64,000 bases of DNA from Massalongia carnosa. Taxonomy: Eukaryota. The DNA lies in NCBI GenBank assembly GCA_965645245.1, contig OZ287072.1, positions 682,001-746,000 of the forward strand, read 5' to 3'. The notes beneath the pieces are model-generated. The model saw only the letters and a program-made list of their open reading frames with translations. It made no database searches and was not told the origin of the DNA. A program made the translations under genes and the position numbers. Positions 1 through 14,678 of this stretch are shown one piece after another. The first letter of the stretch is position 1, and each line of letters begins with the position of its first letter.

Positions 1-421
1 CTGCTGCATGATGCCTCTAGTTCCATTTTGAGAAGCGAAATTGCCTTTGGGTTTCGATTGGGGAATCCTTATTATGTGACCATTGTTGCGTTCAGAATTA
101 CCTGTCAATTCTTTCGGGTATTGCTTTTTCATACTTTCTTTTGACTCTAATTGCTTTATTTTCTTTCAACCACTTCGTTTTGACGGATTCCTCGCTCTTC
201 ATTATCATTGTCGTTTTAGTTTCTAGTCTACGCTGCTCTCTCCAAATTTTCACAGCATCCAGTCAAGTTTGATCGACTTCAGCTTCGCCTTTTGCAGAGT
301 TGCTGAGAGCAAGTTTTCGGCCGTGAGCGAAGAGCAGGTTTAACCATTGCTTTTATGTTTCGTTTTCCCATTTAGTTGGTTCACAATCCTTCAGCTTACC
401 CCTAACTCTGATACGATCATC

Positions 422-3216
422 ATGAACGCCTTCAAGTCCTACCTCCACCCGGCGGACGCTCCAAAACCGTCTACACCTACCTCCAGCAATCAAAATGCAG
501 CTCCTGGCTCTGCTGGATCCAACTCCGGGACGAGGCGGGGTAGCATACGATCTCACATTTCATCATCGGGTGCTGCTACTCCTCACTCCCTTCATCCACA
601 TGGCGATTTCAGAAATAACGCCCAGGAACAGATTGAAGAGATTAAGTCTGATATTGCAATCAATTGGGTCTATAACTTGCAGAACAAACGGATGTGGAAT
701 GGCCGTGGCCTAGGCGAAGGGGTAGTCTTGAGGAAAGCGTCAAAGTCATTCATGTCCTGCCCGGCCGAGCTCAGCCTTGATACTGGCGGCTTGTTTGACG
801 CAGCATGCGAGCTTGATACCAGAGTATGCTGAGGCTCCGGCTGAACCTCATTGGCTGTTCCACGCTAATAATATCAGGTCTTGATGACTGTTAACACCAG
901 AGTCATCAATCTTCTCCTGCAACGCAACGATCTTATCAATATCGATTTACGCGACGGACTCCGCGTTCAGATTCTTCCAAGCATTATGTTCCTTGCTAAC
1001 TGCCAGAGGCATCAGAATGCCGCTTTTATCAAAGACCGCGCCATACTAGTCGTATGGGCTGATAGCCCCCAAGAAGTGATATCTAGGGCGGAATATATTG
1101 AAGCCAAGATGATGGAAATATTTGCCCGAGGTCTAGATCCATACGACGAGAAGTCTGGTGAAGGCGATAACCCACCAGTTTTCGGCAATGAGGCAACCCT
1201 AGGCACTGAGCAGGTAGATATTCCTCGAGAGGATGGACTAACGGAAGGCCCCCGGAAGATTGTTCTGAACCAGGCGGTGTTGTGTGCTATTACAATCATG
1301 CTCATTATAGCGGCTCTTGGTACTGGTTGGCGGCAGATTGCTATTGAGATCGCGGTCGACCATAAGTACCTTCGCCTGGCATTTTTCATAGTGGTGCCTT
1401 TGCAAGTGTGGCTTGCCTTGGTATGTATTTCTTGCAGATTGGGCAAGGGTTTTTCTGACTTAGCATGTTTAATATCTAGTTCTTCATGCAATCTGTTGCA
1501 GGATCTGTGGCCCAGTTGATCGGGCCTTCCAGGCAGATGATCCAAAACTCCAAGTACTTCTCCGGCCTAGCGCCGCGCCGCATTACAGGTAGAGAGCTTC
1601 CACATGTCACAATTCAGTGTCCAGTCTACAAGGAAGGCCTTTATTCAGTGATTGACCCGACGGTCAAATCACTGAAAGCTGCAATATCCACCTACGAAAT
1701 GCAAGGAGGAAAAGCTAACATTTTCATCAATGATGATGGTATGCAAATAATTTCCCCTGAAGATGCGGAGGAAAGGAGAAGTTACTATGAACAGCAGAGG
1801 ATTGGTTGGGTCGCTCGGCCAAAGCACAACGCAAAGCCAGCTGACGGCGGTGAAGCCTTTATCCGCGCGGGTAAATTTAAAAAAGCTTCCAATATGAATT
1901 ACGCAATGGCCGTCAGCGCTAGAGTGGAGGACAAACTTGCCAGCATACAGCGTGGAGAGAAATGGAACCAAGAAGCCGAAAATGAAGTGTATCAACGATG
2001 TTTGGAGGAGGTCAAGGTTGAAGACAATGGGCGGACGTGGGCAGAAGGCAACGTCCGCATTGGCGACTACATTCTTCTCATTGACTCTGATACACGTGTC
2101 CCTCAGGACTGTTTCCTTGACGCTGTCAGTGAGATGGAGGCTTCACCCCAGGTCGCCATCCTTCAATACTCATCAGGTGTTATGAATGTTACGGACAGCT
2201 TTTTCGAAATGGGTATCACATTTTTCACCAACCTCATCTATACCGCCATCCGGTATGCTGTTGCCAATGGGGATGTAGCCCCTTTTGTTGGTCATAATGC
2301 AATTCTAAGGTGGAAAGCGTTACAAGATATCTCCTACACTGGAATCGACGGAACGGAGAAATACTGGTCGGAGTGCACCGTATCTGAAGACTTTGACATG
2401 GCACTTCGACTTCAGTGCGAAGGGTACCTCGTTCGCTTGGGTGCATACACACGCGATGGCTTCAAAGAAGGTGTTTCTCTTACTGTCTACGATGAGCTTT
2501 CGCGTTGGGAGAAATACGCTTATGGCTGCAATGAACTGATTTTCCATCCATTAAAGGATTGGATTTTCAAGGGCCCTTTCACCCCGCTGTTCAGAAAGTT
2601 CATCGGTTCAAGCATGCCTCTGCCATCCAAAATCACCATCATGGCTTATATTGGAACGTATTACGCGATTGGCTCGGCGTGGATCTTGACGGTTGCGAAT
2701 TACCTCCTTGTCGGATGGTTCAATGGATACTTAGATCATTATTACGTTGATTCATTCAAGATTTACTTCGCTATCATCATAATCTTTAACTGCCTTGGCA
2801 ACGTGGCGCTTGCAATACTCAGGTATCGCCTTGACGAGCAAGACATCATTCCTGGACTCATCATGAATTTCAAATGGGTCCTCCTGCTGACCATCTTCCT
2901 GGGAGGCCTCTCGCTTCATGTCAGCCAAGCCTTGCTGTGCCACATGTTCTCCATCGACATGAGTTGGGGCGCGACCTCCAAGGAAGTCGAAAACACCTCG
3001 TTCTTCGAGGAAATCCCGAAGCTTCTCAACAAGTTTAAATTCACCTTTCTGTGGTGCTTCCTGTGTAGCGCTGGCATGATCTATCTTGCCATCGTTGCCC
3101 AGGGTTCGTGGCGTATTGACTTTTTTACGCCTATCTGGCCCTTGACCACGGTTGTTGTTAGTCATTTCCTGCTTCCGATCGTGCTCAATCCCAGCTTGAT
3201 GTTGTTTACGTGGTAG
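422..3216 (+). CDS. Membrane-bound processive-type glycosyltransferase family 2 protein (fungal Glyco_trans_2_3-type), 3 exons
   Basis: Exons 422-823, 878-1420 and 1480-3216 join in frame via GTATGC..CAG and GTATGT..TAG introns. GT2 motifs QCPVYKE, NDDG, KKASNMN, LLIDSD, VSEDF and ELSRW. Two N-terminal and several C-terminal hydrophobic helices. Confidence 0.9.
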
Positions 3217-3961
3217 AATCATCCACGCGTTACCCGAGTTTCCCGTTCATTCGTTATAAGCGATACAGCTAGGGCTCTTGCGAGCGCTATTTCGAATCTC
3301 ATCCCAAGGGAAGTTGTTGCGGATTCGCAGCGACGACTGTAGAAATATCTGCTCACGGCGTAACTGGAGATGTTGCACATATGGGTTGGGAGGCCATTAT
3401 TGCTTTGTTTTGTATTCAATACCCCGCAACAAGACTCATAGGAAACATTTTATAATAACTCATTACCGTCAATGATCAGCAGTCAATGTCGGACCTATCA
3501 ATCTCATATAGCGTAAGAGTCTGTTTAAGCCAAGGGATTCCTTCTGATCTCTCGTTCCCCAAGTTTACTCCATCATTCGTACAGGACGGAGTATTGTTTT
3601 GTGCTGCTAAGTTACAGCTCCGCATTCGGATTCGGGTTCAATGTTTAGGGAGGTGGAGTTAGGCTTCGGTGGCTTCGTCCTGCTGGGAGGCTTGTGGCAT
3701 TGTGTGGTGAGCGACCGCTTCGTTCATATTACGATGCTTTTAATAGTTGGACTATTGGCGCTTTGGATGAATGTATTAAGGGAGTACGGAGTACTAGGAT
3801 GTAGAAGTACATGTTCGGATTTCGGAGTTTAGGGTTTCCAAAAAGTAAACAAATGAGGTATGGTCCACAGTGGGTGCTTCTCGCTAGGTACTAAGTATAA
3901 GACCTTTGAGGAATCGCGACAACATCCATTTAAACGCATTCAACTTGTAGGAAATGCCCGC

Positions 3962-6926
3962 ATGGGTGATGATAAAGCCAAGCGTGTCGGTGACGCGCTA
4001 TCCACTCTTGTTGACGCTTTGATTCCTTCTGCGGGCAACGAGGACGAAAGTGCAATCGAGGAACGGCGTGAGGATGCGCTTGAGCTGGCAAAGAGTATCA
4101 TAGACGGGTACTGACTTTTGCCAAATGTCTAATGTGGCAACAACTAATTTCTCAGATAGTCATCCTAGCGTTGCGGAAGTATCTGATGTTAATTATGCCG
4201 CCGATTTGATCAAGAAGAAACGTATGGCTAGGCCTTTGAGAACAACCCCGAGAGAAAGCCAAGCTCACATGTTCAAGTGCTGCGCGAGAATGAATCCCCC
4301 GATAAGGCCGTGCAGTTCTCGAACCTTTACGCGCGGCTCCTAACGCAACCGGTCTTGTCCCAGAAGTGGGCCATCTTGTATTTGCTCTATCAGATTGCAG
4401 ATTCTGACGATGCCGATGGGGCTGAGTCTGAGTCTGAGGCCCTCCCACTCCGACAGGATCCCACTGCCGAGGAGAATGACAAGGACACAGCGGCGTACCG
4501 GGGTAGTGTAGAACCTCCAGCATTCAATGAAGCGTTCTCCTCTGGAGGGCTTTCGAACCTGCCAACAAGAGAGACTAGGTCCAGGGAGATGCCACCCCCT
4601 ATACGACCCACCGAGAGAACAAGCCGTTCCAGGGCTGAAAGAGAGATAAAGACCGCTGAGGGACCTCTGGCTGAGACTCTGGAAAACGTCACCTCCGTCC
4701 CCACAGAGGCAGCGCTTTTAAGAGACCTTCCCTTCACATTACAAGGCCTTTCATCAACCCATCTACCCTTTCTTTCGGCATCTACCCTTGCTCTCCCATC
4801 AAACCTACCGCTTCCACTCATTTCGCTTCTACATACTCTGGCTGAGCCTTCTTTGCTGTACCGGAGTGTCTCCGGATTTGTGCAATCCCGCGATGAAGGT
4901 GTAATTGGCCAGAGTCTGAGATATGCTATTGGCAGCGAGCTACGTTCTTATCTAGGTCTCATAGCAACTCTAGAAGGAGAGATTAGGCGGGCGATTGCGT
5001 CCTTACAACCTAAGGAACCCGGAGATGGCGTTGGCAAAACTGGTGTCACCCTCAAACGCTGCGTTGTCTGGACGAGAGAAGCCACCATGGGGTTAAGATT
5101 AATGAGTCTCATGGCAGAGAAGGCCAACAGTATGACTTTGCTAGATGTAACTATCCAGGTGCTGACAACTAGCAGGCAGGAAAGGCGGTCAACTGATCAC
5201 AACGATTCACGAATTTTCAACATCTCATGGTGACCCTTTTGTTGGCGCTTTTGCGGAGCGCATGCTGGTTCACATAACAAAGCCGTTTTATGATATGCTA
5301 CGGCAATGGATATATGATGGGGAGTTATCTGATCCTTACCATGAGTTCTTCGTCATTGAACAAGATGCTCAAAGCAGCGGCAACAAAGAAGAAGATGCTC
5401 GAAGAGGCCAAGCGTCGAGCGTATGGGAAGATAAATACAAACTTGATGACGCAATGATGCCAACAATTATGACGGAAGAATTGGCGAAAAAGGTGTTTCT
5501 CATTGGGAAGAGTCTGAACTTCATTCGACACGGCTGCGGCGACTCTGTATGGGTTGAAGCTTATTGCAAAGAGAACTCGAGAGAACTTCGATACGGCGAC
5601 ACAGCTACGCTTGAATCCTCCATCGATAAGGCATACAAAGCTACCATGGCCCGCCTTACCCACCTTATGGACAGCAAATTCCGGCTCTTTGAGCATTTGC
5701 AAGCTCTCAAAAAGTACCTCCTACTCGGCCAAGGCGACTTCATTGCCTTGCTTATGGAATCCCTTTCGTCAAACCTGGATAGACCAGCCGGGTCACAATA
5801 TCGTCACACCTTGACAGGTCAGCTCGACCATGCAATTCGGGGCTCTAACGCACAGTACGATTCTAAAGAGGTGCTTCACCGCCTAGATGCGAGATTGTTG
5901 GAGCTCAGCCATGGCGATATCGGCTGGGATGTCTTTACTCTCGAATACAAAGTCGATGCGCCCGTCGATGTCGTAATCACCCCCTGGGCGAGCAAAAAAT
6001 ACCTTACAGTCTTCAACTTTTTATGGCGTGTCAAACGGGTCGAGTTTGAGCTTGGCAGCACATGGCGACGTTGCATGACGGGAGCACGGGGCGTTCTTGC
6101 CAATGTTGATGAGAACATGAGTCGGGATTGGAAACTCGCACGATGCTGCATCGCAGAGATGATTCACTTCGTGAACCAGCTGCAATACTACATCCTCTTT
6201 GAAGTCATCGAAGCCAGTTGGGACCAGCTTCAAGCTGCAATTAAACGGCCCGACTGCACCCTCGACGACCTGATCGAAGCCCACACCAAATACCTTAAAG
6301 CCATTACGCACAAGGGTCTTCTCGGCTCTCCACGCTCCGCCATTACAGGCGCTCGCGAGGACAGCTTTACGAGCCAACTCCACCACATCCTCAAGACGAT
6401 GCTCGCCTACAAAGGAGCCGTCGATGGCCTCTACTCTTTCTCCGTCGCCGAGTTCACACGCCGCCAGGAACTAAGCGCAAAGATTGAAACACGCACGGCA
6501 CAGGGGAAATGGGGCCTGACGGAAAGAGACCTCTACGACGAAGACACGCGCTCGTCCAGCCCTGCAACAGCCACAGGCACCGCAAGAGGCGGCCCCAACC
6601 ATCGCACCCACCACGAGCGCACCGATTCCCCCTTCGCCATCAATAGCGTCCTTATCGCCTCGGCGAACGGCGGGGACGACCAGATGCTTTCCGCGCTGCG
6701 ATCACGGCTACGCGAGCTATCTTCCGATTTCCGTGCACGCGTCAACGTCCTGCTCGGCGACTTGGCCGTGCAGCCGGACGTGGACATGAAGTTTCTGGGC
6801 GTGGTCATGAATTTTAACAACGTCTATACGCCAAGAAAGAGGAGACGAGAAACTCATCGGGCGGGGGGTGGCGGGGAGAGAAAGACCCCGGGCGGCGTTG
6901 ATAGAGGTGGGGCGGCAGCGTTTTAG
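3962..6926 (+). CDS. spc98: Gamma-tubulin complex component GCP3 (Spc98/Alp6), 4 exons
   Basis: Introns at about 4108-4159, 4222-4277 and 5130-5175. GCP3-type motifs HGDPF, WIYDGELSDPYHEFF, KKVFLIGKSLNFI, KKYLLLGQGDFI and GWDVFTLEY. Confidence 0.9.
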
Positions 6927-7600
6927 GGAGAGAGGGAACTGGTGCTACAGCCGGGGAAGAAAGCGCCGCAAGGGCCGGCGCTCTAGGAGGGAATGTACTC
7001 GGCGGTAGCGTTGCGGGTGGAGGAAGCGCCGACCACAGCGTCAACGCCTCCATGCAGCAGCAGCAGCAGCACGGAGAGACGGCTAGCAGGGAGAAAGCGC
7101 GAGGACGCGGGGGGAGGAAGGCGTGAGCTATACAGACAGCTTTGGGGGGAGTATTTCTACATTTATTTAGTTGGTTGCGTGATAGATACCCTGAACTTTG
7201 ATTCTTCTTGGCTTTCGGGGGAGGAGGACTGGAAGGACAATCACAATGGAAACAAACCCCCCCCCCCCCCCTCTCCCCCCCTCCTCCCAAAACAAAGAGA
7301 ATGCTACCTACGTACGCTATTCGTTCCTTTCCTCCGTCTCTCCGTCTCTCCAGTCTCATTCTCGCATTATTCATCCCGTTATAATCCGTTCCAATCAACT
7401 CGCAATTTCAATTTCAATAAAGTTCAATAAATTTCAAATAATTCACCCACCGTCCGTCCATCCGTCCATCCCCTCCCCCGTTCTTCTTCTTCTGGTCTAG
7501 CTAGCTAGCTAGCTGGCTGACTAGATTGGTGAGCTGGATTTGAGGATTTGAGGATTGGGGGAGGTTGGGTTTGTTGGGATTTTGAGAGGGGGGAAATGAA

Positions 7601-7718
7601 AGGAAGGAAGGAAGGAAGGAAGGAAGGGAAGGATAAGACGCAAGATACATATATGGACGGAGTGGGTTGGGTGGGGTGGGGTGGGGTAGGGTAGGGTAGG
7701 GTAGGGTAGGGTAGGGTA
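7601..7718. repeat. Compound microsatellite (AGGA)n, (GGGGT)n, (GGGTA)7, a potential G-quadruplex
   Basis: Seen directly between the convergent spc98 and WKF-domain genes; GGGTA x7 at 7684-7718. Confidence 0.9.
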
Positions 7719-7799
7719 GACTTGACCTATGGCCGGAAATAAAGAAAGAGAGAGGGAGAGGGAGTGGATGGTATGTAAATCTCGCTTTTTGCGGAAAAT

Positions 7800-9251
7800 C
7801 TAGTCAGCGGCGCTTTCACTTTCACTGCTACTTCCGCTGTCGTCACTCTCCTCCTCATCCTCCTCGCTGCTAGTCTCCTCCCACACAGGCTTCTTCCCCC
7901 CCACAAACCCAGTCCCCATCCTACCGCCGTTATCATCATCGCTGTCCCCGGAACTGCCAGACTCAGAACTAGAGCCGGAGCTAGAACTACTGCTACTGCT
8001 TACATCGTCCGGCACGCCTGTGGCGCGGATCTTGCGTTTGCGTTTGGCTTTGCCGTTTGGCCCCGTGAGGCGGGTCGGAGCGGGTTTCGTGGCTGCATTC
8101 ACGCCGCTATCGCGCATCTCGTTCTTCTTTGTAGCCGGCGGTTGGATCTGTGGTTTCGCTCCCCCCCCTGGCTCAGTCTCACCCACGGACCAAATCAGCA
8201 GCTCCGCCCTGCGGCGTTTCTGGATCCTGGACTCCCATTCCCGATCTGCTCGTTCCTCCTCCTTAATCTCTTCCTTCCTCTTCAGTGCTTCCCTTGTCCT
8301 CGCCACCGCATCCTCGTACTCGGTTCTCTTCCTCTTTCTTGTATCCTCATCCGCATCAAGCTCCTTCAGCCATGCTTCGTCGGCAGCCCGGACTTCCTGC
8401 GCCATGGTTCGCACGCGAGCTCGGACGGCTTTTCCTTGTAGACCGTGAAGGTATGACAGGAGCGGTGTATCGTTGGAAGGATGGAGGAGGGAAGGGGAGA
8501 AGAGGGAACGAAGGAGGGCTGTTTGGAGGGTTTTAGAGAACTTCCAGGCCGTGGGTTGGAGGTGATGGGTTGTGAGGTAGGTTTGAATTTGAGATTCCTT
8601 AGTGGTTAGAGGGCGTTGTACAGGCAGTTTTGCCAATGGGTCGGTGGTTGACTCTGAAGTTTTAGGAAGGAGTGTGGACTTGCTTTTGCGTTTGCGTTTC
8701 TTTTTCTTGGGAAGTTTTTTGAATGACGATGGGGATGATGGGGAGGGAATAGAGGGCGGGGTGATAGTTTTCAAAGCCGGGCTCGTGGTGGGGGCGGAGG
8801 GGTCAAAGTTTGGGTCAACGGCGAGGTGCGATGTGAGCCATGTATTGTAGAGCTGCTTGATGCTATCGCCGTCTTGCGTTTTGGTTTCTGGGGTGAAGGA
8901 AACGGATTTGTGCTTTGAGTGCGATTGAACTGGTGTAGTGGTTGGTAGTAGCGAGGAATAGTCTTCCTTGCTACCCGCTGCTAGAGGTAGTGATCTGGAG
9001 GTGATGTTTGTTTCAAGTAGGGTGGACTTCTTGAAAGATTTGGTTTTGGGCTTCTTCGTAGAAATCACAGGCGGTACAATATATCCGTCCAGGGAAAGCT
9101 TCCTCTTCGTCCCATTCGAGGTGCCAGCACCAAGATCGCCGCCGTTAACGGCCACGGGCTCGTCTTTGGCGAATTTGAGCTTAAGCCCTAGTTTTTTCCA
9201 GGCGGGAACATGTTGCTCGACCACCTCGACACCAGGAAGCATTGTGGGCAT
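7800..9251 (-). CDS. WKF-domain (DUF2373/C7orf50-like) protein, resembling yeast Ycr016w/Rbp95
   Basis: Single long ORF. N-terminal HVPAWKKLGLKL resembles Ycr016w. Central WKFSKTLQTALL motif, Lys-rich NLS-like tracts and an acidic Ser-rich tail. Confidence 0.7.
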   Translation of the reverse strand: MPTMLPGVEVVEQHVPAWKKLGLKLKFAKDEPVAVNGGDLGAGTSNGTKRKLSLDGYIVPPVISTKKPKTKSFKKSTLLETNITSRSLPLAAGSKEDYSSLLPTTTPVQSHSKHKSVSFTPETKTQDGDSIKQLYNTWLTSHLAVDPNFDPSAPTTSPALKTITPPSIPSPSSPSSFKKLPKKKKRKRKSKSTLLPKTSESTTDPLAKLPVQRPLTTKESQIQTYLTTHHLQPTAWKFSKTLQTALLRSLFSPSLLHPSNDTPLLSYLHGLQGKAVRARVRTMAQEVRAADEAWLKELDADEDTRKRKRTEYEDAVARTREALKRKEEIKEEERADREWESRIQKRRRAELLIWSVGETEPGGGAKPQIQPPATKKNEMRDSGVNAATKPAPTRLTGPNGKAKRKRKIRATGVPDDVSSSSSSSSGSSSESGSSGDSDDDNGGRMGTGFVGGKKPVWEETSSEEDEEESDDSGSSSESESAAD

Positions 9252-9655
9252 TGTGAGAGTTGAGAGGCCCAAGTCACACGGACTATTGACATTATTGGGG
9301 TTTTTACATTATACCGTGGGGCGTAAATGCTGTTGGCAAGAGACGTTGAATTGCTTGCACACAAATCTAAGATCATCCAGGGTTGCGGCAACTTCCGCCC
9401 GCTTCTTGGATCTTCAGCAAACACAGAGTAGGTTCAAAAGCGAAAACATCGGGCAATCCGGATATCTAAATAAGACGACCGTAGTCGTGTGCTTGTAGAT
9501 CAAATGTACCGTTGACTTCATTGCTGCACCCTAAGGGCGTCTAATGATCACAGCTCCTAGAGTCATGTCCATAATGCATATGCTCGCACGCTCCAAACGC
9601 CCCATTGCCATGTCCTCTAATCCCGGCCCATGTGCATAAACACAACACGACGCTG

Positions 9656-10453
9656 TCACTTCGAAACGCGTTCGTACATCTCTCCCTTCACTGAGCCCCC
9701 GCTCATGGATGTTCGCACGTTCCGCTTGAAGCCTTCTCGATTGGTGCGTAGGTCTTCGGCGGCCTCCTTGTTTAAAGGATCTGAAGCATTTGGCTCAAGA
9801 AACAGGAACTGGAACAGCACGTCTATTAGCGACTGCGGTTCTTATATAGCCTGACGATGCTCCTCAACCGACAGCGTTCAACTCGACACATCGAATGTAG
9901 CCCAACGCACCTGTAGTCCTACTATGACGGCATTCAGGTTCAAGACAGGCTTCCAGTCCTCCCTCAAAATGTTCAGGCACACGTTCCCATCCAAGTCGAT
10001 GTTAGGATGATATATCTTCTGCGTGCATTTAACCTTGGGCGGATCGTGTGGGAAGTTTTGGTTGATAGCGAAGTTGAAGTGAAACGAGCCCCCTTTGTAC
10101 ATGCCTTCATCCGGCTCGATGGTAAGGGTGAAATTTAAAATATCGTCAGGATTCGGGAACTTTGTGCGCATGGTGCTGCCAAGGGAGAGCTCCGAGAGGT
10201 CTAATCCGACATCAGCGTGCCGAGACCCCCTTTCTTTCGATGCACCTAGGGGGAAGGACGTACCTTTTTGAACTCGCAGCTGAGCAGCTGTCACCTTCTT
10301 CTTCTTTTGCCCACCTCCCTCGGCGTGCGCAGCCGCCTGTTGCTGTTGTTTCTGCATTTCCTCCATAAGCTTCCTCTCGTTTGGAACGACCACAATGGCC
10401 TTTCACCAAGCGGATTGGTTCAAAGCACTTACCATGGACCATATTTTTAACAT
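9656..10453 (-). CDS. ubc12: NEDD8-conjugating enzyme Ubc12, spliced
   Basis: Exon 1 MLKIWSM followed by GTAAGT. Then [13 protein letters not shown], the active-site region [24 protein letters not shown], and [20 protein letters not shown]. Stop at 9656-9658. Confidence 0.95.
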
Positions 10454-10972
10454 TTTGCCTCTAACGTACTCCCAACGTGATAGGCGTTTTTAACCATACA
10501 ATAATAAGCGTGATGGATTCGTAAATCGTAGACGTCAATTATTCACAAGCCTTCCGTTCTGGAAAGGAAAAGTAAACAACCGCTTAAGTTTGGGAAAAGT
10601 GACCTCCTCAGGGGTTTAATCAATACTGAAATATCAAGTATTGCGAGATCGCGTGTCTTTCCGAGCGATGTTGAATGGAGTGGCCCTTATGTCTGTCGTC
10701 ACTTAGCGTCGTAGCTAGGTACGGATTACTACCTCGAACTACTTAGCGTCCCACCTTGCAAATCATGATTTATCGCTTCCTGGACATACAAAATGGAATA
10801 ATTTATATCTAAAATTCGTTCAAGAACACGCCACTCGATGCTACTCTGCAGAAATAGCAACAGCTTCAAGGGTAAAAAACGCCTGGGGAGAAACGCAAAT
10901 TGTATCATATTCGCTGGCATTTTCCAATTTCTGCCTGAAGCAAAACTCCTTCTCCTGCTCCCAACAGCATGC

Positions 10973-14085
<3,113 letters not shown>

Positions 14086-14678
14086 CTTCCCTTTGTATGA
14101 AAACCTACCAGATAAACCGCGAAGCTACAAAAACCAGAATCGTTAGGGAAGAATCCAGGTGGAGTCAAATCTGCTGTAGATACGGAGTGTGAATATCGAC
14201 TGCGCAGAATTCTAAGTTTTGGTCTAATCGCCAAGACCGATTAAGGTAGGTTTCTGGAAGAAATGAAAGTCGTAACGTTTCGGTATTGCTTCACACCCCT
14301 AAGACAGGAGATGGAGATTGATGATGGTGCAGCTGAAAATTTAGGGGTTTCGTAAAATATTGCTTTGTTTCAACTTTTAGGGTCTCAGAGCATAAGCGAA
14401 TATCAACAAAGCACACCCCAGACCCACCGACGGAGGCGGAGAAGAGGATATCGAGGGAGGGTTTCACGTCTAGGGATCAAGTTGGTTGTTTCTCGAGAAG
14501 GAAGGAGGAGAAGCAGGAGAGGTAAAGGCAGGTAACTTAGGTACTCCGTAGATGGGCTGAACTGAATGGTCTTCACCTCCAAACCTAAATCCAACCCTCC
14601 CGCTAAGCCCTCTTTGCTGTTAGTATGTTTGTGGCGCGTGCGCTACTCAAAATAGATGAGAGCGGGGAACACAGAGTA

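Noticed and set aside
6814..7500. ORFs 6814-7398 (-), 6993-7430 and 7198-7500
   Set aside because: Low-complexity frames over homopolymers. The minus-strand ORF is the antisense shadow of the frameshifted GCP3 tail.
7684..7718. Interstitial telomere
   Set aside because: The unit is TAGGG rather than TTAGGG, and it grades into GGGGT and AGGA repeats, so it is an ordinary microsatellite.
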